A stretch of DNA of 64,000 nt from a virus: the IMG/VR virus record IMGVR_UViG_3300045988_160093. One strand, written 5' to 3'. The translations under genes and the position numbers were made by a program. Of this stretch, positions 49,532 through 59,220 are shown in pieces (the stretch's first letter is position 1; each line of letters starts with the position of its first letter). Under the pieces are notes generated by a model. The model was not told the origin of the DNA. It made no database searches and was given only the letters and a program-made list of their open reading frames with translations.

Positions 49532-49986
49532 AAGAATTTCAGTTTTAGTAAATGATACACACTATACATTATTATATATCCAAGGAAGAGAGAATATATA
49601 TGGATGAAGAAGTTAACCCCAGGCAGCAGTCCGATCAGAACGGCAAACGGGAGAATCCTCCTGCACATAGGATAAAAACCTGCAGAGTAAGCCCACGTTG
49701 CACCGATATGCGCAAACAGGACCGCAGACAATCCCATAGTGGCAGTATCACCCATAGGAAGAAAAGAAGCAGCCACAGCAGCAATGTAAGCCACAATGCC
49801 AACATTCTTTCTGAATGACAACAGGGCAACCAAATTGGCAAGCAAGTGAAAGACGTTCGCATGGGAAAACGGATAGAAGAAATGAGATACACCATATTCA
49901 TTCCATACGAACGAACATCTGTACCCAAGCAGGAACGCCAAGAAAACGGCAACCGCTATAGAAGCGTTAGTCAAGTTAAATTTCAT
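49528..49986 (-). CDS. minimal rhomboid-family intramembrane serine protease
   Basis: 152 aa with about 6 TM helices. Contains HANVFHLLAN (HxxxxHxxxN), GLSAV (GxSx catalytic Ser) and NFFIHIYSLFLG (catalytic His helix). Confidence 0.7.
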   Translation of the reverse strand: MKFNLTNASIAVAVFLAFLLGYRCSFVWNEYGVSHFFYPFSHANVFHLLANLVALLSFRKNVGIVAYIAAVAASFLPMGDTATMGLSAVLFAHIGATWAYSAGFYPMCRRILPFAVLIGLLPGVNFFIHIYSLFLGYIIMYSVYHLLKLKFL

Positions 49987-50744
49987 TCTTCAACAATTAT
50001 GGTTACGAGATTCTTTACAATCGGGTCGTGTCGGGAATATAGCTGCAAGGTAGCCATACCGCTTTCCCTTCCAAAGACAGAGAAGGAATTGTCATTATGA
50101 GACGCGACCTGCATGATGGCGAGATTGAGAGAAGTCGCTTCAATATCATTGGTAGCATCTTCATCAATAGAGTAAGAGATAACAGCCGTCTCGCCTTTTT
50201 TTACCTTTACGGCAGCATCCGGTACATGGATAGCTGTAGTGTAAGGATATTTCGGAGCCATCGGCGGTGTACGGTCGAAGCACTTTAGAATCGGAGTCAG
50301 GATGCGCTCAGACATTTCAGAATAGTCAGCAGCCCTCTTCGGGTTGATTGGAGCCCACCACAACATCAGCATCTTCTTTATTATGAAATCAGAGCCAAGA
50401 CGGGCAAGAGTATCTTTATTGGCATTGTTGAATCTGTCAGAAACCTCCATCCTGTATTTCACGGCAGCACTGTCCGACAAGTCAAGGAAAACCGCATTGT
50501 CAGCAGCAGTCAGATATTTCTGCGTAGCAAAGTCAGACATAAACGTTTTCAGTTCCTCAGCCGCCGTGAGCATATCCCTTTGGAGTTTCCTCTCCTTGTA
50601 TTCATCATCACCAGCCTGCTCGTGATATGCAAGTCTTGTAGCCTTTTCATCAGCCGCCCTGTCAGAATTGGAAGTGATGAGCGTTTCAGACTTGACCGCA
50701 TCCAAAATCGTGGAGCGTAAAAGAATAAGTTGTATAGTCTTCAT
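49983..50744 (-). CDS. hypothetical structural-module protein
   Basis: 253-aa ORF. Confidence 0.55.
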   Translation of the reverse strand: MKTIQLILLRSTILDAVKSETLITSNSDRAADEKATRLAYHEQAGDDEYKERKLQRDMLTAAEELKTFMSDFATQKYLTAADNAVFLDLSDSAAVKYRMEVSDRFNNANKDTLARLGSDFIIKKMLMLWWAPINPKRAADYSEMSERILTPILKCFDRTPPMAPKYPYTTAIHVPDAAVKVKKGETAVISYSIDEDATNDIEATSLNLAIMQVASHNDNSFSVFGRESGMATLQLYSRHDPIVKNLVTIIVEE

Positions 50745-50755
50745 ATAGTATGTAT

Positions 50756-51226
50756 TTATGATATTTCACCTGTAGTCTCGTCAAGAGGCGAAGAAGAAGT
50801 CACCACCTTGGACCTGTTGAAAACAGAGTTGCGGATATTGGAAAGCAAGACATCACACTCCGTAATATATTTCTTAGCCAGTTCAGAACCCGTCATAGAC
50901 AAGTACTGAGCAAGACAATACGCACGAGCATAACTTGACACAAGGTCGTTATACATCTCCGTAAGGTCGTCAGTAATACCATTGTTGACTGAAATGAGAA
51001 TCTCATCCCCATCCTTATGATAATTGTTTATACACTCAGGAGCGATGGCGACAACCGATAGAACGGCATCCTTGGCAAGTCCCGTTATCAGTCCTTTCTC
51101 CCTTGACGAGAGGGCGAACGTAGTATAAGTCGGTTCGCCACCTTCGTTCTTAATCCTCTTGCTGATCATCGCCAGCTGGTCCTGCACATTGTCAAAGACC
51201 GAAGAAATGTCAATTTTTATTCTCAT
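50756..51226 (-). CDS. hypothetical structural-module protein
   Basis: 156-aa ORF. Confidence 0.55.
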   Translation of the reverse strand: MRIKIDISSVFDNVQDQLAMISKRIKNEGGEPTYTTFALSSREKGLITGLAKDAVLSVVAIAPECINNYHKDGDEILISVNNGITDDLTEMYNDLVSSYARAYCLAQYLSMTGSELAKKYITECDVLLSNIRNSVFNRSKVVTSSSPLDETTGEIS

Positions 51227-51238
51227 AACATTATAATA

Positions 51239-53371
51239 TTAAATAGAAGCCTCGGTAACACCTTCCCTTTCCTTTACCCTCTTCTGCATAACCTTCCAAG
51301 TCGGGCGCTCCATATCATAGAGAGAAACCCACAAGGCAATGGCAGTAGACATAACGACATCATCATGGTTGTCCCTGCCGACGATATTACCCATAGAACC
51401 ATCCTCTCTGCGCTCGTAAATCCTCAACTCCTGGTAGCAAGTCTCGTCAGGCTCGTTCCATAGCTTATCATCAACGGCAGCAATGAGATTGTCGATAATC
51501 TGGACCTTGGTCAGTTTGTTGGTCTGGAATCCGAATTTCATCACAATCTTGTCAGCGACCTCTTCCGACCCCGTAGAACGCTGATACAAGTTTTCATAGA
51601 AGTCAGCTATCTCCTCGATGAGAGTAGCGAAGTGGTCACCCTCGGTATTGGAGTTACGCTCCCTGTCGGCAGTGTTGGACTCAATGACAAGCAGGGCATT
51701 GTCGTAGAAGTGTGCCAATGCAGCAGCCTTCCAAGCAAGCAAATCATGACGGCAGTGTCCCCTCCATCGGGCAACGACCTGCGGGATGCCACCCTTCATT
51801 TCCGGCATCAGTCCCTTGCGGTCGATAACCGTCATTACCGTATAGTCAGAACCTTGGCTCTTGCCACCAATATCCACCGCAACGACATACCTGTTCTTGA
51901 TGTTCAGAATGTTGTTGTTAGGCAAGTTCCATATCTTCAAGTCTCCATCCTCGCAAAAGTCAATCTGAGCTTTAAGATAGAAGCTCTTGCTTTTCTTCAT
52001 GCCATAAGGCAGACGGATGTCAGCCCTGTAAAGCGGTTCACGCAAGTATCTCTCTTTGAGTTCGTCAATAGCGTACTGATCGAAGACAAGGTTACCGCTG
52101 TTTCGGAAAGCCTCTACCGGGTCAACGGGAGCCTCCGTCGCCATATAAGCGTGGTTCTTGAATTTGTTTCTCGTATGCCGATACCAGTTGATAGCCTGAA
52201 AGCAAGCCCCCAGTTTCCACATACGCCAGAAGAACCTTCCCGATTCACGGAAACCTTTAGGCTTTGCCTGACTATCCTTGTTGACGAGAAGCCATCGTGC
52301 AAACTCATACCTGTTATCCACCTTCTCCATATCGTGTTCGATGTGGAAGAACGGAACAAAGATAAACTTGTAGGCATCGTTGTTGTCGGGATTCATGGCG
52401 CTTTGGCATTTGTCGTAGAAGAATCCCGACATACCACGACCTGTAGACTCAAAAATCTCAATGTTGTCAGGAATACGCAAGATACTACCCGACACAGAAG
52501 ACAATACAGCTTCCGGGTCATGCTCGTCAGACTGCTTCCAATAAGCCACCTCAGAGTAGTGGGCGCAATGAAAGTTAGAACCGCGAACATTATCATAGTT
52601 GTCAAAAGACGCAACCGTGATAGTAGAAGTACGCACAGGCTTTCTTCCGTCAGTCACAACGAAGTCGTCGGTAGAACCCTCATACGGAGACATCTGCAGC
52701 TGTCTTCCAGGCAGACCGATGGTCCATCCTTTCTGCTTCTCGATAGCCTTGCGGTACATCGCCTTAATCTTCTTTGATGTAGCCTTCACCTGAGAGAGGA
52801 CAATAGAGTTCCATCCGTCGGGGTGTCTGAAATCCTGCATCCATTTGATGTAAAGCTGCGAAAGTGTGGAGCCACCCCATTGCCTCGCCTTCAAGATGAT
52901 GACAAATATAGGTTGGTTGGATTTTCTCAGAGACTCGAAAAGTGCCAGCAGTCTGCGTTGAGGATAGTTCAATCTGAACGGAACCATCATACCCGTAGTC
53001 TTGTCCTCGATTTTATCGGTGAGATAGAGAGCGAACTCCGGGTCCTCACGCATACGAGCCTTACATATTTCAAAAGACACCGCCGTAGATAGTTGTTCAG
53101 AATAATCCTTTCCCCACACATCAGTGATATATTTCTGAATAGAACCGACGCTGACAACATCTTTCAGTACCCTGTTCAGAAGACACTCCTTCGGTACATA
53201 CATAAGAGGATAAATCATATCAGGAATCTCTATCCTCACCCTGTTCTCGAAGTCGTAGCATCCCCTTCCTGTCACAGGGTCATATTCACCGAAGATTTCC
53301 TTCATCCTCTCATCATCTTCGGCAATCAGTTCCTCTATTTTCTTCTCAAGTTCCTCTTCCGTCATATTCAA
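51239..53371 (-). CDS. terL: terminase large subunit
   Basis: 710 aa. ATPase block VIILKARQWGGST. Nuclease-type acidic blocks VAVDIGGKSQGSDYTVMTVID and NHDDVVMSTAIALW. Confidence 0.8.
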   Translation of the reverse strand: MNMTEEELEKKIEELIAEDDERMKEIFGEYDPVTGRGCYDFENRVRIEIPDMIYPLMYVPKECLLNRVLKDVVSVGSIQKYITDVWGKDYSEQLSTAVSFEICKARMREDPEFALYLTDKIEDKTTGMMVPFRLNYPQRRLLALFESLRKSNQPIFVIILKARQWGGSTLSQLYIKWMQDFRHPDGWNSIVLSQVKATSKKIKAMYRKAIEKQKGWTIGLPGRQLQMSPYEGSTDDFVVTDGRKPVRTSTITVASFDNYDNVRGSNFHCAHYSEVAYWKQSDEHDPEAVLSSVSGSILRIPDNIEIFESTGRGMSGFFYDKCQSAMNPDNNDAYKFIFVPFFHIEHDMEKVDNRYEFARWLLVNKDSQAKPKGFRESGRFFWRMWKLGACFQAINWYRHTRNKFKNHAYMATEAPVDPVEAFRNSGNLVFDQYAIDELKERYLREPLYRADIRLPYGMKKSKSFYLKAQIDFCEDGDLKIWNLPNNNILNIKNRYVVAVDIGGKSQGSDYTVMTVIDRKGLMPEMKGGIPQVVARWRGHCRHDLLAWKAAALAHFYDNALLVIESNTADRERNSNTEGDHFATLIEEIADFYENLYQRSTGSEEVADKIVMKFGFQTNKLTKVQIIDNLIAAVDDKLWNEPDETCYQELRIYERREDGSMGNIVGRDNHDDVVMSTAIALWVSLYDMERPTWKVMQKRVKEREGVTEASI

Positions 53372-55332
53372 CCTTGTTTAAGCATTTGTTGAGCGTTCTG
53401 CACATTCTGCTCAGACATCATCTGCTGCTGCGGCGACATCTGCTGCTGTTGCATTGCGAGCTGCTGTTGCATAGCCGCCTGAGCCTCGGCAGACTGAACC
53501 TGCTGCAAGAGCATATCCTTGAACGGCAGATTGATACACTGTAGATACTGAGAGATGTTGATTGCGCCAAGCTGGAGCAACTGCAATGCTGTATCATTAA
53601 TCTGTGACTGATAAGCGACAGAAGCCGTGCTCTCCTTGATAGAAATCTTGAACATCACATCACGAGCCGAAAGCCGGTCATATTCAATGATGCTTGTATT
53701 ATCCTTGTTCATAATCGGTCTTCCGTTGTCGTAATATTGCTTGATGTTAGACACCTTCTTCTTGGCAAGTTTCTCCGTAAACACCGTCATGTCAGAAAGC
53801 AGAGAATAAAGAGAAGTCGTAGCGTTCTGCTGCTCCATCGCATAACGAGAAAACGAAGTGCCGGCAGAAGGAGTCTTGCCCTGCAAAGCGCCGCTCACAT
53901 TTGTAATCTCCTTTGTAAGGTTGAGCTGCATCTGCAACAACTCCGTAGTGCCAATCTGTACTGCATTAGATGTAATAATCTCCGGTCTCGCATTCGGGTT
54001 AAGACGGGAAGTCTCATAGAAGATGATGCCGTCATACTCGGTAAATTCATCCGCAAAATCCTGTGGCGTCATATCGTCAGGAATACAACCCTTTGGGACG
54101 ATAGTGATACCCTTTGCAGAAGAACGAGCCGCCATATCGTGCATTACAATAAGACGATTGATATACCTCTGCTGATCGATGATGTTAGACATGAACGGAT
54201 GCACCTCACCATTAACGAACGGGTAAAGTTTAAGCGTGAACGGATGCGCATTGTATTCATAGGGACATTCACCTTCACATAAGATAGTTCCGTCGGGAGC
54301 AAGAAAAGAGTAATACCAGAACACATCTTCAATCGGGCTTGTCGTTATGTAAGCCCTCTGTTCCTTCGGTACACCCACCTTGTCATAAGCCTCCTTCCTC
54401 TTTCTGTTAATCTCCTTTATACGGGGAAGGTCTTTCAATTCAATCCTGAACCTTGCATCGTCAGCGTTCCCTGCTATAGGGTCTTCACACTGTAATCTCT
54501 GTTTGGACTCCTTTGTCCACACCTCGATAACCCTGCGGCAACTCCTGTCGGCAGACGAAAAGAAATTGATATTGGAGAGATTTCCGCCGTCATTCTGCTG
54601 CAAGTCAGAAGTCTCGTCATAGCAGTCACCCATATTGAAAATGCGGTCGATGTCCTCAATCGTCCATCCCAATTCAGGTTTTGCGAATTTTGAATACAAT
54701 TCAGGGCGAGAGCAGTCATGAAGGAGACCAATGGTAGTAACGTCCTGGTGACGGGGATCAGTGCCCCCATCCCAGAACGCCATGTTCGGGTTACAATAGT
54801 CCGTCCATGTATCATAGACTCCATCACGCTCCTCGTAACATTCCCGACAAAGAGCGACGCCGCCAGTGAGATAATCCCGGAAAACGGTAGAGAGTACATC
54901 CGGCATGAAGGTGTCCTGCCAGTTAGCCTGCAGTGTAGCCGACATCATATCCGAAAGCCATTGGGAATCATGGGTACGAGCAAAGCAGACAGGTTCGGTA
55001 GCCTGTTTTTCATACATACCAGCAAGAGTGGAGAAGACAGAAATCATGATATTGTTCGTAAGAGGGACATTACCCTTCTTTTTCAGATACTCCCTTTCTG
55101 TGATATATCCACATTTGTAGTAAATCACATCACCCCATTGGTCACCGAAAGTATAATTGTTTGTCCTTTCCCTGACCTCTCTGAGTTTTCTCTTGTTCTC
55201 CCAAAGTTGGTTGCAACGTGCGACAAGGTTGTAATCCCTCTTGCCGCAGGAAACGGTCCGCTTCCTTCGAATAGACGTTGCCTTGCCCTTGTCGGACACA
55301 TCATTAAGAGTATATAAACGTTTAAGTGGCAT
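53368..55332 (-). CDS. portal protein (start re-set to ATG 55332)
   Basis: 654 aa with a 4-nt overlap with terL and a Gln-rich C-terminal tail. The call rests on size and synteny only. The promoter box at 55350-57 argues against the GTG at 55350. Confidence 0.6.
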   Translation of the reverse strand: MPLKRLYTLNDVSDKGKATSIRRKRTVSCGKRDYNLVARCNQLWENKRKLREVRERTNNYTFGDQWGDVIYYKCGYITEREYLKKKGNVPLTNNIMISVFSTLAGMYEKQATEPVCFARTHDSQWLSDMMSATLQANWQDTFMPDVLSTVFRDYLTGGVALCRECYEERDGVYDTWTDYCNPNMAFWDGGTDPRHQDVTTIGLLHDCSRPELYSKFAKPELGWTIEDIDRIFNMGDCYDETSDLQQNDGGNLSNINFFSSADRSCRRVIEVWTKESKQRLQCEDPIAGNADDARFRIELKDLPRIKEINRKRKEAYDKVGVPKEQRAYITTSPIEDVFWYYSFLAPDGTILCEGECPYEYNAHPFTLKLYPFVNGEVHPFMSNIIDQQRYINRLIVMHDMAARSSAKGITIVPKGCIPDDMTPQDFADEFTEYDGIIFYETSRLNPNARPEIITSNAVQIGTTELLQMQLNLTKEITNVSGALQGKTPSAGTSFSRYAMEQQNATTSLYSLLSDMTVFTEKLAKKKVSNIKQYYDNGRPIMNKDNTSIIEYDRLSARDVMFKISIKESTASVAYQSQINDTALQLLQLGAINISQYLQCINLPFKDMLLQQVQSAEAQAAMQQQLAMQQQQMSPQQQMMSEQNVQNAQQMLKQG

Positions 55333-55349
55333 ACGAAAAACTTTTTTCA

Positions 55350-55357
55350 CAAAAATA
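55350..55357 (-). promoter_or_regulatory. -7 box TATTTTTG (minus strand) for the portal/terL operon
   Basis: The plus strand reads CAAAAATA. Confidence 0.45.
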
Positions 55358-55486
55358 CAAATATGCGGATTGTGTTTTTCCGAACCCGCACATCGTCAGC
55401 GGTGTGAACGAGAACCAAGGAGAAAAATAATCAAGACATATCATAGCAGTTTCGGCGAGAACGGAAATAACGGGTAGTAAAAGACT

Positions 55487-55494
55487 TATTTTTG
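55487..55494 (+). promoter_or_regulatory. -7 box TATTTTTG (plus strand) for the scaffold/capsid operon
   Basis: Lies 24 nt upstream of the ATG at 55518. Confidence 0.45.
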
Positions 55495-55517
55495 CGGTAT
55501 AAACAATCCAATGAACT

Positions 55518-56297
55518 ATGAGCGCTAAGGATAACAAAGAAGAAATAATCGAGGAGCAGCAGGTGCAAGAACCAGCACCAGAGCCTACCCCAAACAGGGA
55601 CGCCTACAAAGCCTCCTTTGGAGAAGACTATCCCGATGTGGACTTTGAAGACAAGGAGACACGTTACGGGAAGATGGTAGAAGACCGCAACGCCCTGAGA
55701 AGCTACAGAAAGTCGGGAGCGAAACTGAATGATACGTTCAGCAAGAACCGTTGGCTTGCAGCCATGCTGCAGGACATTTCAGAGAACGAAGACCCGGACT
55801 ATTCACCCCTTGACTGGATGGCAGACCACGGCATTGACATCAATGAAGCCATGCAGGACGAAAGTGTCAGAAAGAAAGTATCAGAAAAGATTGCCAAGTT
55901 CCAGCAGGCGCAGCTTGAAGGCGAGAAAGAAAACGAGGAGCGACAAGCCAATTTCGCAAAATCAGCAGAAGCCCTGAAAACTCTGAATCTCGGCGAAGAC
56001 AAAGAAAGAGAAGTATGGGTGGATTTCTTCTCAAATGTCATAGACCCGGCATTAAGAGGAGAGGTCAGCAAAGAGACATGGCAGATGATCGTGAACGGCA
56101 TGAACTACGACAACGACATTGCGGAAGCCAAGGAGACATCAGCGATGAAGGCAAGAAACGAGAAGATTGCCAACAAGGTAAAGAAATTTGACGAGCCTAT
56201 GCCTCCAAGCCTTTCACAGGGCGGTTCGGGACAACAGGCAACGACCAAGCCGAAGAAGAGAGGATTCTTCGATGATTTGAAAGAAGCAGGATATTAA
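55518..56297 (+). CDS. scaffolding-like protein
   Basis: 259 aa, acidic and helical. Positioned between the portal and capsid genes. Confidence 0.45.
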   Translation: MSAKDNKEEIIEEQQVQEPAPEPTPNRDAYKASFGEDYPDVDFEDKETRYGKMVEDRNALRSYRKSGAKLNDTFSKNRWLAAMLQDISENEDPDYSPLDWMADHGIDINEAMQDESVRKKVSEKIAKFQQAQLEGEKENEERQANFAKSAEALKTLNLGEDKEREVWVDFFSNVIDPALRGEVSKETWQMIVNGMNYDNDIAEAKETSAMKARNEKIANKVKKFDEPMPPSLSQGGSGQQATTKPKKRGFFDDLKEAGY

Positions 56298-56321
56298 GTT
56301 GAAAATTAAATTTAAGTTTAT

Positions 56322-58049
56322 ATGAGAAGAATGAGAAAGTTTTTTGAGAATAAGACTATGGCAGCACAGCTTCTGCTTATAGTCTTGGCTGTCATAACAG
56401 GCGGTATCGGAATGGCAGCAGGTGCGACAATCGGTGCAGAAGGACCAGAACCTGTAGGTAAAGAAGAGCCCCATGACCCGGCAGACCCCGATGCAGGTAC
56501 AGGTCAGAGACCAGATGCGGATGGCAATCAGAACGCAAGACTTGCTCCTGGTGATACTACTGCAGGTCAGAACCTTGACGGAACACAGGCATCATCCACA
56601 CAGGCACGCCAAGGCGGTCTTGAAGACGAAGAGTGGGACTCGGAGGTAACCAAGTTCCAGCCTTTCCGTAACCCGTTGCTGGCATTGGCAAGACAGGTAA
56701 CACGAAAGGTGAACATCAGTAACTGGACAGTCAGCCACGGCAGAGTGGGTGGTGAAACCCTTGACGGAAGAACCAAGGTGAAGATTACGGCAGAGTCAGA
56801 CGGTTCAATCAAGTTGACCTCTACCAATTTCCGTGGTTCACTGAAACCATTCTATAAGTGTTCAACGCTGCTCGTACCAAGCGTTTCCGGATATTCCAAG
56901 AACTCAACAAGCACCAATCTCGTGAAAGAGGGTGGACTTATGCTCTATGTGGTAGAGAACACAGGAACTGCAGTTATCTGTCGTGCGGTGAACGGCATTC
57001 CGACCGATGATGTCATTCAGGACGATTTGGACTCAAAGAAATGCCCGGAGATTCCAGCCGACACATACATCTGTGCCGCTTCCACTGCAATGTCAGAAAG
57101 CCAGTTGCTGCTGACGCCGGAGAACTACCAGCCACGCAAAGAAGTGTTCTATGTGCAGAAGAAAGGTTTCAACATCGTGTTCACCGACGACTACGAGAAG
57201 ACAAAGAAGAAGCAGCCGCTCAAAGTTGCCGACCTCAAAGCCGACTCGGTGTATAAATACAATATGCGAGCAAACCGAACCTATTGGGCAGGAATACAGG
57301 GCAAGTTCCAAGTGCGCAACCAAGACGGCTCAATGGAAGACGTGTTTACGACCAAAGGTATTCTGTGGCAGCTCACCAACTCATACGAGTATGAGAAGGG
57401 CAAGCTGAAATTGGCAGACTTGGTAGCAATCAGTAAGTTGCAGTTTACCACATTCTCGCAGACCGACAGTGCTTATGTATTCTGTGGAAAAGACGCGATG
57501 GAAGAGTTGCTCAACCTGCAGATGACCGGCACCACACGCATCATCAACTTTGAGGATGTGAAAGACATGGAGCTTGACTTCAAGCGTTTCAAGAGCACTT
57601 ATGGTACACTGAACTTCATTTGGGACCAGGGACTCGACTCTCTCGGCTATAAGGACGCAATGGTCGTTGTAGACCTCAAAGGCGCAACCCGATACGTGAA
57701 GATGGGTCAGAAAGACCAGACCAACGATATGTCGAAGGGAGCAGGCGAAATCCGTGAAGCAAAGCGTTACATCAGAACAGAGGCAGACGGAATCGCACTC
57801 AGAGGCTACAACTCAATCATCGTGCTACCTGTAGGCAGAGCATCAGGTCTGCCAGAGTCACAGATGCGTTCAAAGGTAATCAGCTCGCCAGTACTGCCAG
57901 CCGACAATGCGACAACCGACAAGATGATTGTGGCGCTTACCGCAGACTACAAGGACACCTACAAGAAGGGTCACGCTTATCAGGCGACTGTTTCAGACGG
58001 CACTGTGACATGGAACGAATATACAGGATATACGTCAGTCATAATGTAA
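56322..58049 (+). CDS. major capsid protein candidate with N-terminal TM-like helix and disordered propeptide-like region
   Basis: 575 aa. Follows the scaffold-like gene and is followed by a very strong terminator. Called on position and size only. Confidence 0.55.
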   Translation: MRRMRKFFENKTMAAQLLLIVLAVITGGIGMAAGATIGAEGPEPVGKEEPHDPADPDAGTGQRPDADGNQNARLAPGDTTAGQNLDGTQASSTQARQGGLEDEEWDSEVTKFQPFRNPLLALARQVTRKVNISNWTVSHGRVGGETLDGRTKVKITAESDGSIKLTSTNFRGSLKPFYKCSTLLVPSVSGYSKNSTSTNLVKEGGLMLYVVENTGTAVICRAVNGIPTDDVIQDDLDSKKCPEIPADTYICAASTAMSESQLLLTPENYQPRKEVFYVQKKGFNIVFTDDYEKTKKKQPLKVADLKADSVYKYNMRANRTYWAGIQGKFQVRNQDGSMEDVFTTKGILWQLTNSYEYEKGKLKLADLVAISKLQFTTFSQTDSAYVFCGKDAMEELLNLQMTGTTRIINFEDVKDMELDFKRFKSTYGTLNFIWDQGLDSLGYKDAMVVVDLKGATRYVKMGQKDQTNDMSKGAGEIREAKRYIRTEADGIALRGYNSIIVLPVGRASGLPESQMRSKVISSPVLPADNATTDKMIVALTADYKDTYKKGHAYQATVSDGTVTWNEYTGYTSVIM

Positions 58050-58082
58050 GGTTTAAAGATTGTTTTTTCAGAGGTTAACAAC

Positions 58083-58124
58083 GGGAGCGAAGCCCAGCCT
58101 ACAGGCTCCTTCGCTCCCATTTTA
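58083..58124 (+). terminator. strong intrinsic terminator after the capsid gene
   Basis: GGGAGCGAAG-16 nt-CTTCGCTCCC followed by ATTTT. Confidence 0.7.
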
Positions 58125-58137
58125 AGTAAAAGCAGAT

Positions 58138-58539
58138 ATGATAAAGATATATAGATACAACCAGTTCAAGAATACCGTAATGCTGACACTACGAGCCCCC
58201 GGCGGTATGATGGGAAGACTTGTCTTTGACAACGGAAATGTCGCTACCCGTATATTGCCGACAGCAAGAGTATCGTCAGAGTTCTGGCAGCAGGTCATAG
58301 ACGAGAGCAATCTCGTAAAGGACGGCATGATAACCTGTATACAGGAAATAAAAGAGGATGGCGACGACACGGTTATGCAGAATGTCACCTATAATAATAT
58401 AGAGAGTGTAACGTCATTGCAGATGGCGATGGATTATTGTGCGGACACCTACGGGGAAAAGGCAAGAACCATCAATGAAGCCTTGAATATAGCACATCAG
58501 CATGGTGACGACTTTCCGAATTTGGAAAAACGTTCTTGA
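58138..58539 (+). CDS. hypothetical head/neck protein
   Basis: 133-aa ORF. Confidence 0.55.
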   Translation: MIKIYRYNQFKNTVMLTLRAPGGMMGRLVFDNGNVATRILPTARVSSEFWQQVIDESNLVKDGMITCIQEIKEDGDDTVMQNVTYNNIESVTSLQMAMDYCADTYGEKARTINEALNIAHQHGDDFPNLEKRS

Positions 58540-58548
58540 AGATAAGGC

Positions 58549-59220
58549 ATGAAGGTAAGCGAGATTATATACAGAGTAAAAGCAGCCATCGACGAGCTGC
58601 CCAATTCAGGAGAAGGGGATATTGTAGGTGATGAGGCTTATGATAATCTGTCAAGCATCATCAGAGACAAGATACCCTACGCCTTGGAGTGGGTGCTTAC
58701 CAATGCCCCACAAACGAAGATAGACAGCAGTATGGTGACATCGTTTGAGGGAGGCAGCACAGAAAGCGGTGGGCAGCTTGAAATGACATTCGGAGTAGAC
58801 TACATGGTTACGGTGAAGCTACCCGACAATTTTCTGCGTATATTATCCGCACGTTTATCTTCGTGGTATTATAGTCCAGTTCCTGTGAGTGAGTTTTCAG
58901 AAACCGCATTGTTGCAGCAGAACAGGGTAGCAAAAGGCTGTCCCGATATGCCGGTGACGGTGTTGTGTACAGAAGACAGAAACAAGGTGCTGAAAATGTA
59001 TACGGCAGAAAGCAAGAAAGACAAGTTGTATGTAGAGATGATATGCAAGCCCGAAACCACGGCTGCTGACGACACGGCGGATATAGCGGTGCCGACAAAG
59101 GCATTGAAATCCTTCATCTATTATATAGCATATCTTACACTATTGGCGTTTAGGGACGCTTCGGCAAGTAATTTCCTTGCGGAGGCATCAAGAGAACTAT
59201 CTATAAACAAGGAAGAGTGA
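58549..59220 (+). CDS. hypothetical head/neck protein
   Basis: 223-aa ORF. Confidence 0.55.
   Translation: MKVSEIIYRVKAAIDELPNSGEGDIVGDEAYDNLSSIIRDKIPYALEWVLTNAPQTKIDSSMVTSFEGGSTESGGQLEMTFGVDYMVTVKLPDNFLRILSARLSSWYYSPVPVSEFSETALLQQNRVAKGCPDMPVTVLCTEDRNKVLKMYTAESKKDKLYVEMICKPETTAADDTADIAVPTKALKSFIYYIAYLTLLAFRDASASNFLAEASRELSINKEE

Noticed and set aside
51632-52777. 381-aa plus-strand ORF antisense to terL, plus 53737..54282 and 54718..55317 antisense to the portal
   Set aside because: These are shadow ORFs. The sense frames are longer, motif-bearing and operon-packed.
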